This document shows positions 28,241-36,298 of a stretch of DNA of 64,000 bases, piece after piece. The DNA is from a virus (taxonomy: Duplodnaviria; Caudoviricetes). The notes under the pieces are model-generated. The model saw only the letters and a program-made list of their open reading frames with translations. It was not told where the DNA came from and searched no databases. The number at the start of each line of letters is the position of its first letter. Within the stretch, counting starts at the first letter, position 1. The DNA is taken from IMG/VR virus record IMGVR_UViG_2671180612_000001, positions 32,001-96,000 of that record; one strand, given 5' to 3'. Position numbers and translations under genes: made by a program.

Positions 28241-29110
28241 ATGTCGAAGCGCACCGCGAAGAACACCGCCGCCCAGATCGAGAACGTCGTCCTCGAGGGC
28301 GAGATCATCGCTCCGGTCGTCGAGCAGATCACCGAGACCAACGAGCCCACGGAAGCCGAGCTCGACGCCATCGAGACCGCCGAGGTCCAGTCCGAAGCCT
28401 ACCAGGCCCAGGCGTCCGAGATCGACGAGGTCAACCCGGACCAGGCACCGGCAGGCGACGAGCCCGAGCTCCTCACCGACGAGCCGGAGCAGAAGACGCT
28501 CGCCCAGATGATCGAGGGCATCGAGCGCGACCACGCCGTCGCCATGCAGCACCACATCGCCGCGGAGATCGACGACCGCATGGACTACGAGAGCGACAAG
28601 GGGAACGAGACGATCCAGCGCTCCTTGAAGAGCTCCCGCGCGAAGATGACCACCGACCTCCTCGCCGCCTACGCCTTTGCCGCGACGAGCGTCGACCCGT
28701 CGGTCTTCAACGTCGGACGCGCCTCGACGAACCGCTACAACGTCTACGCCATCGACAAGGTCGCGGACCTGGCGCGCTCGCTCGCCTCGGGGCACTTCAT
28801 GAAGAACGCCATCAACCGCGCTGTGTGCCGCTCGCTCTTCACGTTCCGCCACTCCGGCGAGCGCTTCACGATGGAGATCGCCAAGGCAGCGTGCTCCGAC
28901 AAGATCCGCGTGTCGCCGGCGATCTCGCGCCATCTGATCCGTCACACGGTCTCGGCGTCGACCGCGCCCACCCAGGCGTCGTCCACCATGCAGGCCCTCG
29001 AGACGCTCGGCATCGTCAAGAACGTCGGCACCGCCCGCGGCGCCGTCTACGAGCTGACCGACACGGCGCAGGCGCGCGCCCTCGAGGAGCTCTGCACGAA
29101 GGCAGCGTAA
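28241..29110 (+). CDS. acidic N-terminus plus winged-helix-like domain (paralogue family A)
   Basis: NVYAIDKV, VSASTAPTQASSTMQALETLGIV; followed by a terminator. Confidence 0.75.
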   Translation: MSKRTAKNTAAQIENVVLEGEIIAPVVEQITETNEPTEAELDAIETAEVQSEAYQAQASEIDEVNPDQAPAGDEPELLTDEPEQKTLAQMIEGIERDHAVAMQHHIAAEIDDRMDYESDKGNETIQRSLKSSRAKMTTDLLAAYAFAATSVDPSVFNVGRASTNRYNVYAIDKVADLARSLASGHFMKNAINRAVCRSLFTFRHSGERFTMEIAKAACSDKIRVSPAISRHLIRHTVSASTAPTQASSTMQALETLGIVKNVGTARGAVYELTDTAQARALEELCTKAA

Positions 29111-29121
29111 GGGAGAGGAGG

Positions 29122-29147
29122 GAAAGGTGCTTCGGCGCCTTTTCTTT
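29122..29147 (+). terminator. Rho-independent terminator
   Basis: GAAAGGTGC-TTCG-GCGCCTTTTCTTT. Confidence 0.7.
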
Positions 29148-29322
29148 GCGCCTGGCTCGCGGGGCGGTTTGGTATGGCTGGGACTAAATGGGAGCCGCCC
29201 TGTGTCGCGGGGTTTTTAGGAACGGGGCGCTCCCCTGTGTAGGCGAGGACACCGTCGGGCCGGCGCGGTAGACAGAGGAAAGCCGTGGGTGCCCACGGGA
29301 GCCGCCGAGCCGGAGGAATGCC

Positions 29323-29541
29323 ATGGAACTGATCCTCGACATGCAGGCAGAGGAAGGGGAATCGCAGCAGGAGTTGGACGCTCTCATCACCCTGGCCTTC
29401 ATTTACAAGCTGAAGGTCAAGACGGAAGGAGGCGGGAAAGCAGAGCGCCCCTTCGCACGGGTTCATGGGGTAATCGACCCTGCCGTCTTGCATCGGATCC
29501 TGTCGGAGATGCAGCCGGACCCGAAGCCTGAAAGCCCCTGA
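29323..29541 (+). CDS. small hypothetical protein
   Basis: GGAGG RBS; atypical G-rich codons. Confidence 0.35.
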   Translation: MELILDMQAEEGESQQELDALITLAFIYKLKVKTEGGGKAERPFARVHGVIDPAVLHRILSEMQPDPKPESP

Positions 29542-29613
29542 ACAAGCGTCTGTGACCCCATAGCGAGCAATGCGACTCTCATCGTGTCAGCAACACGAGA
29601 GCGAGACATCGCC

Positions 29614-29862
29614 ATGCAGATCGCACAAGCTCCCCAGACGCCCGCCGAGATCGCTGCCCTCCGGATCTCCCTCGACTTCCTGTCGTTCCAGCAGGGCCAC
29701 TTCGAGCCCTACAACCCCAAGCGCGTCGCGCGCACCATCGGCGAGATCCGGCGCCGGCGCGCCCTCGAGCTCCAGACCCAGCGTGCCGCGCACCTCATCA
29801 AGCGAATGTGCATGGGACTGGTCCTAGTCCTGGCAGGCGCAGGCGTGGTCTCTCTCCTCTAG
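29614..29862 (+). CDS. small protein with C-terminal TM helix
   Basis: ATG 29614 after the TCAGCAACAC leader; hydrophobic end. Confidence 0.6.
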   Translation: MQIAQAPQTPAEIAALRISLDFLSFQQGHFEPYNPKRVARTIGEIRRRRALELQTQRAAHLIKRMCMGLVLVLAGAGVVSLL

Positions 29863-30144
29863 GCGCCTGTCACAACCTGCAGGCGCTCAACGCGGGCCAG
29901 GCGAGTCACCCAACAGCTCGACCTGGTCCGCACCCGTCCAGGCCCGTCCAGGTCCAGTAAGGCCAGGCACGGGTCTTTTCGCGTCAGGCTGCGCCCCGCG
30001 GGCCTCCTCGGCGGCTCCCGGCCGAGCTCTTCCCCACCAGACACCTCTCGACCGCGCTCAACGTGCCGTCGCTGCACGCTTATAGCCCGTAAGTCGCTGA
30101 TTTATATTCATAATTGTCAGCAACACGAAACGAGAGAGTTTCAC

Positions 30145-30483
30145 ATGACCCGCACTGCTTCGCTCAACGCTTCCGCCTCGATCGTCGCTCGCTTCGCCGA
30201 TGCCATCGAGCTTGCCGATGCGTTCAAGGTCGATCATGTGCCCGCCAACATCGACGCCGACCTGTTCAAGCGCTCGTCCGAGGGAACGCTGCGCTCCGCT
30301 GGCGACCGCTTCCGGCTCGCGATCCAGCATTCCGGACTGTCGCCCGACGACATGCCTGCTATTCGTGACCAGGGGATGCAGCTCGTCGAGGAGCGCAAGC
30401 GCATTCGCCGGGAAGAAGCCGCTCACCGTGCCGCCAAGCGTGAAGCCGCGCTCGCGAGCCGGGAAGAGCGCGAATACGCTTAG
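30145..30483 (+). CDS. hypothetical helical protein
   Basis: After promoter and TCAGCAACAC leader. Confidence 0.65.
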   Translation: MTRTASLNASASIVARFADAIELADAFKVDHVPANIDADLFKRSSEGTLRSAGDRFRLAIQHSGLSPDDMPAIRDQGMQLVEERKRIRREEAAHRAAKREAALASREEREYA

Positions 30484-30813
30484 ATCCAGCCTAGCGGAGA
30501 GCGTCGCGTCACAGCGGCGCTTTCTTGTGGGCTGGGCGAGCGGGACGGGTCGGGGCGGAGACGGATCAAGGGGGCGGGGAGGGGACGCGCCTGCCTCGAG
30601 GAATTTTGGAACGGCTGGGCTAAATGGGACTCGGGGAAACGACTGCGGGGCGTCGTTTCCCCTTGTTGCCGCCGGCCCACCTCCGACTGCCCCGTGGGTG
30701 CCCGCGGCGAATACCGTGCCAACGGAAATTAGGAACGGGGAGGAAAGGACGTGGGCGCCCAAGATCCGGACGGGGATGGGCCTATGCGGCGCCCCGAGGG
30801 CGCCCGCGGGGCG

Positions 30814-30943
30814 GGGGCGCGCGTAGGACGCCCCGCGACGGGGAGCAAATCACAAAACCGGGGCAACGCGTAGCTGACTACGGGTCAGTCGGGGCGCGCG
30901 ACTAGGACGACGCGCGTCGGGGAGCAAGTCACGAAAGCGGGGC
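30814..30943 (+). repeat. two imperfect direct repeats of about 52 bp
   Basis: GGGGCGCGCG..TAGGACG...CGGGGAGCAA(A/G)TCAC(A/G)AAA(C/G)CGGGGC at 30814-30864 and 30891-30943. Confidence 0.8.
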
Positions 30944-31095
30944 TCACAGGGGCGTGACGCAATTCATTTTCGTTCGTCGCGACTCATTCCTTTTCGTTTT
31001 TGCGTAAGTAAGCGCTTGCTTATTCATGTGCGTCGTATAAATTCATTTGTGTCGCACACAGACGACATCAGCAACACACAAAGAAAGACACTCAC

Positions 31096-31692
31096 ATGAC
31101 GCAGATCGCTTCTAACGACTTCGCTGCTAAGCTCGCTGCATACGCTGACGCTGCTAAGCTCAACATCGTGACGCGCAAAGACAAAGTGTCTGACGCGAAC
31201 GCTAAGCACTTCGATCGCTCGATCGCGATGCTTGCGAATGAGACGATCGCACAAGCTCTTATCGCTGCTGACGTCGATGCGTCGCGCTACACGTCGCAAG
31301 TCTATGCGTTCAAGAAAGAGAACGCTATTCTTGACTATCTCTTCAATAATAAGACGATGCAGAACTATATCGCAGAGATTTTTGTCAGCGCGTTTCGTAA
31401 GCATCACGTCAAGAACGCAGCGTTGACGAAGAGCGAAGCGAAGCTTGCGCTTAACAAGTCTGCGAAGCTTAGCGAAAGCGAAGCAACGTATATCGTGCAA
31501 CAGTCGAAAATCATCGATGAAAGCACTGTGAACGCGCAGCATAAGACGACGCTAGACGCTTTCGTCAATCTGCGTATGTTCTCGCAAGTCTCGACGTTCG
31601 AAACGCGCGACGCTTACGCAATCAATCTCGAAAGCGACATGACGCAGCGCATGATTGCGCGTCTTAACATCGCTGATATGTTCGCTGCGTAA
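31096..31692 (+). CDS. GG/CC-free gene; Gly/Pro/Trp-free winged-helix-like protein (paralogue family A)
   Basis: 198 aa; QVYAFKK and IDESTVNAQHKTTLDAFVNLRMF align with the 28241 protein; own promoter and 3' hairpin. Confidence 0.8.
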   Translation: MTQIASNDFAAKLAAYADAAKLNIVTRKDKVSDANAKHFDRSIAMLANETIAQALIAADVDASRYTSQVYAFKKENAILDYLFNNKTMQNYIAEIFVSAFRKHHVKNAALTKSEAKLALNKSAKLSESEATYIVQQSKIIDESTVNAQHKTTLDAFVNLRMFSQVSTFETRDAYAINLESDMTQRMIARLNIADMFAA

Positions 31693-31708
31693 ATCGACAC
31701 AGACGCTC

Positions 31709-31735
31709 GCTGACGCGCTTCGATAGCGCGTCAGC
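31709..31735 (+). terminator. hairpin after the GG-free gene
   Basis: GCTGACGCGCT-TCGAT-AGCGCGTCAGC (11-bp stem, itself GG/CC-free); no U-tract. Confidence 0.5.
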
Positions 31736-32049
31736 TACTCGCGAAGCTCTCACGCTCAAACGCTCGCTCTTGAGCTTCTATGACGATCCCAGAGCGTGAG
31801 ACACCCCAGCCACAGCGCGCGACACTCGCCCAATCCCTCCTCGCGCATCGCGTGACATCGGGGACACAGCCCCAGGGGACGACGTGTGCTGGGTGGACAC
31901 ACTCTGTTGCACGGGGACCATGTGGCGGGAAGGACACGAGGTCCTAGAAGCCCCGCCACAGGTCGAAGGGGATGCCTTTTGAGGGCGAGACACTCCCCGG
32001 CCTGGACCCTTAATCCTACATCGACTTAGAGTAGATCGGAGGGGCTGCG

Positions 32050-32691
32050 ATGGATGGTTTGGCATCGCTGTTTAACACGCTGAAGACGCCGTCGTTTGCG
32101 GCTGGCTTGGTCTTCCTCATCGGAGGCATATTGGTTCGGTTCGGGATCTACCTCGGCGAGATCCAAGAGTCGGCATTCGATGGAAGCATCCGCACCTACG
32201 CCGGCATATCGATAGCCCTCGGAGCGACGATCTTCGCCGTTGCGCTCCTGCTCCGAGCCGCTCACTGGTTGCGAAAAGTGCCCGCGATCAGGGCAGCACG
32301 AGCGAAGAACATACGGGAGCGTGAGATCGTCCTGGAGGCCTCGCGCGCACTCAGCATGGACGCCACGACGATCCTCTACGGATTGCTGCGAAACGACAGT
32401 AGGACATCGCGCGGCTTCAGCGCGCCGGCGATGAACGAGCTTCAGCAGCTCGACATCATTCGCCCTGCCGGGGACTACAAATACAAGATTAACGAGTCCG
32501 TCATGATCGAGATCACCCCTCAAGTCTGGGATCAACGGGATCGGATCAAGCTGGAGCTCGTAGAAGCGCTCAAGGATTATACGGGTAATCCGCTCTTCGA
32601 TGACGAGGCATACGAGATCCTCGTCGCTCAGCAGATCGCTGCCAGAGATCGGCAAGGCAGAGGTCGTCAGCATGACTGGATGGGGTTCTGA
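32050..32691 (+). CDS. membrane-anchored moron protein (2 N-terminal TM segments); possible superinfection exclusion or defence
   Basis: Lower GC; two hydrophobic helices then a soluble domain. Confidence 0.6.
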   Translation: MDGLASLFNTLKTPSFAAGLVFLIGGILVRFGIYLGEIQESAFDGSIRTYAGISIALGATIFAVALLLRAAHWLRKVPAIRAARAKNIREREIVLEASRALSMDATTILYGLLRNDSRTSRGFSAPAMNELQQLDIIRPAGDYKYKINESVMIEITPQVWDQRDRIKLELVEALKDYTGNPLFDDEAYEILVAQQIAARDRQGRGRQHDWMGF

Positions 32692-32792
32692 TTGCGCTGG
32701 GAACGACGCTCTGGGGTAGGCGCCCCGATGCCCCGTGGATCTGACCCTTAATCCGCCGCTGCCGCGCGCCTGCGGCGCACGGAGCTCGAGGG

Positions 32793-33191
32793 CTACTGCG
32801 ACAAGGGCATGTCACCGAGGAGCTGGTCGACCTTCTGGCGCGTCTCCATCCGCTTGGCGATGTCCTTTGCCACCTCGGCACAGTAGGCGTCCCTGATGCC
32901 GACGTCCTTGCCGAACTCGCCCTCGACGTATCGACGCGCGAAATCCCAGTGCTTCTTGAGATTGGGCTTGGTCAATGAAGCCGCAACGCGCTTGAAGGTG
33001 GTCTCCTTCTCAAACGTCATCATGGCGTCAGTGACGGACAGACCCTGCGAGTTACAGATCTGGCGCTGCTGGTAGAGGATGAGCTCCCTACCTTGCCATG
33101 AAGCTGGCATCTCCTGCGCGAGAACCGTCTCTGCAAGGAATGCGAGCACCAAGAGCGCCGCGATGGCGCCCAGCACGATCCGTTTGATCAT
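32793..33191 (-). CDS. putative exported protein
   Basis: Signal peptide MIKRIVLGAIAALLVLAFLAETVLA; Cys pair. Confidence 0.65.
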   Translation of the reverse strand: MIKRIVLGAIAALLVLAFLAETVLAQEMPASWQGRELILYQQRQICNSQGLSVTDAMMTFEKETTFKRVAASLTKPNLKKHWDFARRYVEGEFGKDVGIRDAYCAEVAKDIAKRMETRQKVDQLLGDMPLSQ

Positions 33192-33568
33192 TGCGGAAGC
33201 TCCCCGATTGCGGCCGGGAGTTCTTCCGACACCAGCCTCCTATCGATGAGCGATTGGGCGAACTCGGCGCAGCGCTCCTTCGGAGACTTCTCCTTGGCGT
33301 ATTCGGTCTGGCTCGTCCTTGCGGTTTCGGCCCAAATTTTCTGTCGCTGCTCCTGCGAGAAGTTTGCGAAGAGCCGCTGCTGTGCATCGACGACCTTTCG
33401 ACGCGACTCCTCGACCATTCCATCGGTGATCGAGAACTTGTCCGCGTTGCAGAGCCTCATCACCTGATAGGGCAGGAAGAGCTGACGCAGCATTTCATCG
33501 GAGAGCTCTTCGGCGAGCGCCGGGACAGTTCCGGCTAGAATCGCCAGCGCAGCGCCGGCGACCCTCAT
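33188..33568 (-). CDS. putative exported protein
   Basis: Signal peptide MRVAGAALAILAGTVPALA; Cys pair. Confidence 0.65.
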   Translation of the reverse strand: MRVAGAALAILAGTVPALAEELSDEMLRQLFLPYQVMRLCNADKFSITDGMVEESRRKVVDAQQRLFANFSQEQRQKIWAETARTSQTEYAKEKSPKERCAEFAQSLIDRRLVSEELPAAIGELPQ

Positions 33569-33801
33569 TTCATGTGCTCCTTCGCCCAAAGCTCGAGGCT
33601 CTGCTCGAGGATGTCCACCATGGGCACGCCCGTCGAGGCCGAGATCATCTTGTAGCGCTTGTGGAGCTCGGGCGTGACGCGGAACCCGAACGAGATCTTC
33701 GCCTCGGACGGACGGGTCATGTTGTCGGCGGGCGCCTGCGGGATCGACAGGTTCGCTATCGAGCCAGCGCGGGCCTTGGACGGGGGCTTGGGAATGCTCA
33801 T
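33565..33801 (-). CDS. ParG-like ribbon-helix-helix partition protein
   Basis: Small gene coupled downstream of parA; flexible N-terminus then SFGFRVTPELHKRYKMISASTGVPMVDIL. Confidence 0.75.
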   Translation of the reverse strand: MSIPKPPSKARAGSIANLSIPQAPADNMTRPSEAKISFGFRVTPELHKRYKMISASTGVPMVDILEQSLELWAKEHMK

Positions 33802-34454
33802 GCTTGGTCGAGCTCCGGCATCAGGGAGGTGAGCTTCTTGGCGATCTCGTTGGCGACTTCGGTGGCCCGCTCGTTCAGCGTGCCGAACGTCGTCTCGGCT
33901 GCGGACCTGCCCTGGTTCTGGGCGAGCTGGTAGCCGGTCTTGGACGTCAGGTCCGTCTTCGCCACCTCGTAGCCGCCGCTCTCGAGGAAGGCGCGTGCTT
34001 CCTCCGTCGCCGACGTGCCAGGGGCGGTCTTGTTGATCACGAAGAGGATCTTGCGCTTATCGATGCCCTTGGCGACGAGCTCGTTGGCGAACATCACCTG
34101 GGGCTTGAGATCGTCGAAGGTGGTTCCGGTCGGGACCACGACGAGCCGGGATGCCTTCGCCAGCTCCAGCGAGGTCTGGTCAGAGTCCGGCCGGCCGTCC
34201 GCGACGATGAGGTCGTGCTTCTCGCGAGCCAGCGCGCGCACCGTCGAGAAGGCTTCCGCCTCGATCTCGGGCTCGATGCCGGCGGCTTTGCGGGACGCGG
34301 CCCAATCCACGGCCGTCAACTGCCGCACGTTGAAGTCGGCGATCTTCACGCTCCAGCCGCCCGCCGAGAACGTCTGGGCGATGAGGCGCGCGAAGGTGGA
34401 CTTGCCGACCCCTCCCTTCTGGGAGAGGCAGGAGATCATGAGCTGGTCAGCCAT
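33798..34454 (-). CDS. parA: ParA/ParF-type Walker-A partition ATPase (type Ib)
   Basis: Deviant Walker A QKGGVGKST, ADFN, IVADGRP; 218 aa with no N-terminal HTH. Confidence 0.9.
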   Translation of the reverse strand: MADQLMISCLSQKGGVGKSTFARLIAQTFSAGGWSVKIADFNVRQLTAVDWAASRKAAGIEPEIEAEAFSTVRALAREKHDLIVADGRPDSDQTSLELAKASRLVVVPTGTTFDDLKPQVMFANELVAKGIDKRKILFVINKTAPGTSATEEARAFLESGGYEVAKTDLTSKTGYQLAQNQGRSAAETTFGTLNERATEVANEIAKKLTSLMPELDQA

Positions 34455-34458
34455 CTAG

Positions 34459-34498
34459 ATTTCCAGATTTCCAGGTTCCGCGATTTCGAGAAACCTAG
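34459..34498. repeat. 8-bp repeat array immediately upstream of parA (candidate parS/operator)
   Basis: GATTTCCA GATTTCCA GGTTCCGC GATTTCGA GAAACCTA. Confidence 0.7.
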
Positions 34499-34539
34499 AC
34501 GGCAGGGCGGTTAATTTCCAGTGAACGGAAACGGAACGG

Positions 34540-35103
34540 TCATGCCTCCTGTATGCGATCTGCATGAGCCCGCTCGATTTTGGCGTTCCAGGTATCAGCC
34601 AGATCGTCCAAGAGGGCGTTCTCGTTTGGAGTGAGTTCTTCTCGGGCTTGGGCACGCAAATGGTCGGCCATCAAATGCGGACGCTCCCGAACAAGGATTG
34701 CGGCCTGCGCTCTGAACTGCTCGACCGTCAAAACATTCGTGCCAGTCAGCAGAGCAACGGCGACCATCCAGCCTACGCCCTTCATACTAAGCTCCGGCGG
34801 CATCTGTAGTGTTGCTATACAAATAGCCAAAAACAGAGTGCTGGTGGCGATCAATACGTAGACCATCGCGCCAACGTTCGCGAGAAGAAGCCGTGTGGGA
34901 TTTCGATCGACCAACTCGAGCTGGATGCGAAGCGCAACGAGAAGCTTCTTCCTGTATCGCCTGTAGGGTGTGCCCTTGATCCTGCGGAATAGCTTAGGCG
35001 TGGCTGCGAACGCGAGACCTACCAAGACTCCCGCGAAGAGTGGCAGTCCTGTGAGGGACCGCTCTGCGGCAAGATAGCAGGAAACGATGCTGTCGCAGTT
35101 CAT
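34540..35103 (-). CDS. low-GC membrane protein (moron)
   Basis: Three hydrophobic segments, atypical codon usage. Confidence 0.55.
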   Translation of the reverse strand: MNCDSIVSCYLAAERSLTGLPLFAGVLVGLAFAATPKLFRRIKGTPYRRYRKKLLVALRIQLELVDRNPTRLLLANVGAMVYVLIATSTLFLAICIATLQMPPELSMKGVGWMVAVALLTGTNVLTVEQFRAQAAILVRERPHLMADHLRAQAREELTPNENALLDDLADTWNAKIERAHADRIQEA

Positions 35104-35159
35104 GGGTTCCCGTCCATTCGAGGTCAGAAACCACTAGCAGAGCGCGTTCTCGACCGCTA

Positions 35160-35762
35160 TCAGGCCGCTTCCGCCCGGCGCATGTCCTCGCCGACCTGGT
35201 GCATGAGGTAGGCGACCTTCTGACGTAGATTGTGGAGCGCGTCCTGGGGCCGCAGGCCGTAGGCGAGGGCGTTGTTCTCGATCCGGTAGTCGACGATCGT
35301 CCGGTCGTAGTGGTCGAACTCGTAGGGGCTGTCGTCAGCGAGCGGGTTCACGACCTCGACGACGATCCCGCCATGGGCCTTGTAGTAGGCGCCCTGGTCG
35401 CGGCGCACCGAGCCGAAGGAGTAGCAGCGGTCGGGCGCAGTGTTCGCCTTGGCGACGGCCATCGCGGGGATGCCGTGCATTCCGAAAAGATCCTCGATCC
35501 GGTTGCCGATCTGGCCGAGGAGGTCGCGCACGACCCACTCCTTCCCGGCGATCGTCACCGTCTCGAGCTTGCCGGCCTGCGTGTAGACCTGGCGCTCGTC
35601 CAGGCCACAGTGGCGCATGGCGAAGTCCCGGATCGGGAAGCCGTCGTCGTAAGGGCGATAGTCGAACTCGGCCGAGAGGATGCGCTGCACCTCGCTCTTG
35701 CCGGCGCCGGGGTTGCCGCACAGCGCGATGAAACGAGGGCGGTGCTTGTGGGAAGAGAACAT
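35160..35762 (-). CDS. deoxynucleoside monophosphate kinase-like P-loop protein
   Basis: IALCGNPGAGKS; VRDLLGQIG; SVR..Q. Confidence 0.8.
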   Translation of the reverse strand: MFSSHKHRPRFIALCGNPGAGKSEVQRILSAEFDYRPYDDGFPIRDFAMRHCGLDERQVYTQAGKLETVTIAGKEWVVRDLLGQIGNRIEDLFGMHGIPAMAVAKANTAPDRCYSFGSVRRDQGAYYKAHGGIVVEVVNPLADDSPYEFDHYDRTIVDYRIENNALAYGLRPQDALHNLRQKVAYLMHQVGEDMRRAEAA

Positions 35763-35843
35763 CGGGGCTCCGTTGCAAAGTAAGTGCTTACTTACTAGCG
35801 CAGCCCGCGAGCAGCGTCTATCGAGGAGACGCGCTCTGGAGGG

Positions 35844-36113
35844 TTAGTGGCTGGTCGTCGAGACGTCGCTGGGGAACATCGTCTTCTCGCCCGCCAGGAA
35901 CTTCCCGATCTTATCGGCGAGGTCGAAGGCGAACGGCGAATGGAACGCCGCCTGGGGCCAGTCCGTCGGAATGAAGCCGTAGATCGCGTCGCTCTCGTCG
36001 GTGTCCCAGCGGCCGACAACGGTTCCGTCCTTTAGGATCACGTCGCCGCCGCCGACGCCCGTCTTGCCGAAGTCGATGAGGTTGACCGGATGACGAAGAG
36101 CCTGCTTTCGCAT
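35844..36113 (-). CDS. hypothetical protein
   Basis: TGATG coupling, GGAG RBS. Confidence 0.55.
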   Translation of the reverse strand: MRKQALRHPVNLIDFGKTGVGGGDVILKDGTVVGRWDTDESDAIYGFIPTDWPQAAFHSPFAFDLADKIGKFLAGEKTMFPSDVSTTSH

Positions 36114-36298
36114 CAGTGGATCACTCCAGGGGTTTCGGCCCGGTCGGTCTGGCGGATACGCTCGGCCGCGGAGAGCAGCCGGCGCTTGAGCTCGCGGTTC
36201 TCCTCCTCGAGGCGCTCGCAGCGCTCGACCAGGTGCTCCTGCGTGAGCAGGTTCAGCCCGGCCGAGTTGAAGAAGTTGGCAGCGTCTCGTTGGCTCAT
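36113..36298 (-). CDS. small coiled-coil protein
   Basis: ATGA coupling to the helicase. Confidence 0.55.
   Translation of the reverse strand: MSQRDAANFFNSAGLNLLTQEHLVERCERLEEENRELKRRLLSAAERIRQTDRAETPGVIH

Noticed and set aside
31024-31542. 172-aa reverse ORF inside the GG-free island
   Set aside because: Antisense to the better-supported 31096 gene; no RBS or recognisable motifs.
30990-31788. GG/CC-free region as an assembly artefact, foreign low-GC insert or simple restriction-site avoidance
   Set aside because: It carries the phage's own operator, leader and hairpin and encodes a paralogue of native genes. It is about 50% GC and keeps many palindromic 4- and 6-mers. Other low-GC morons here (32050, 34540) contain GG/CC. 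Read-level confirmation is still advisable.
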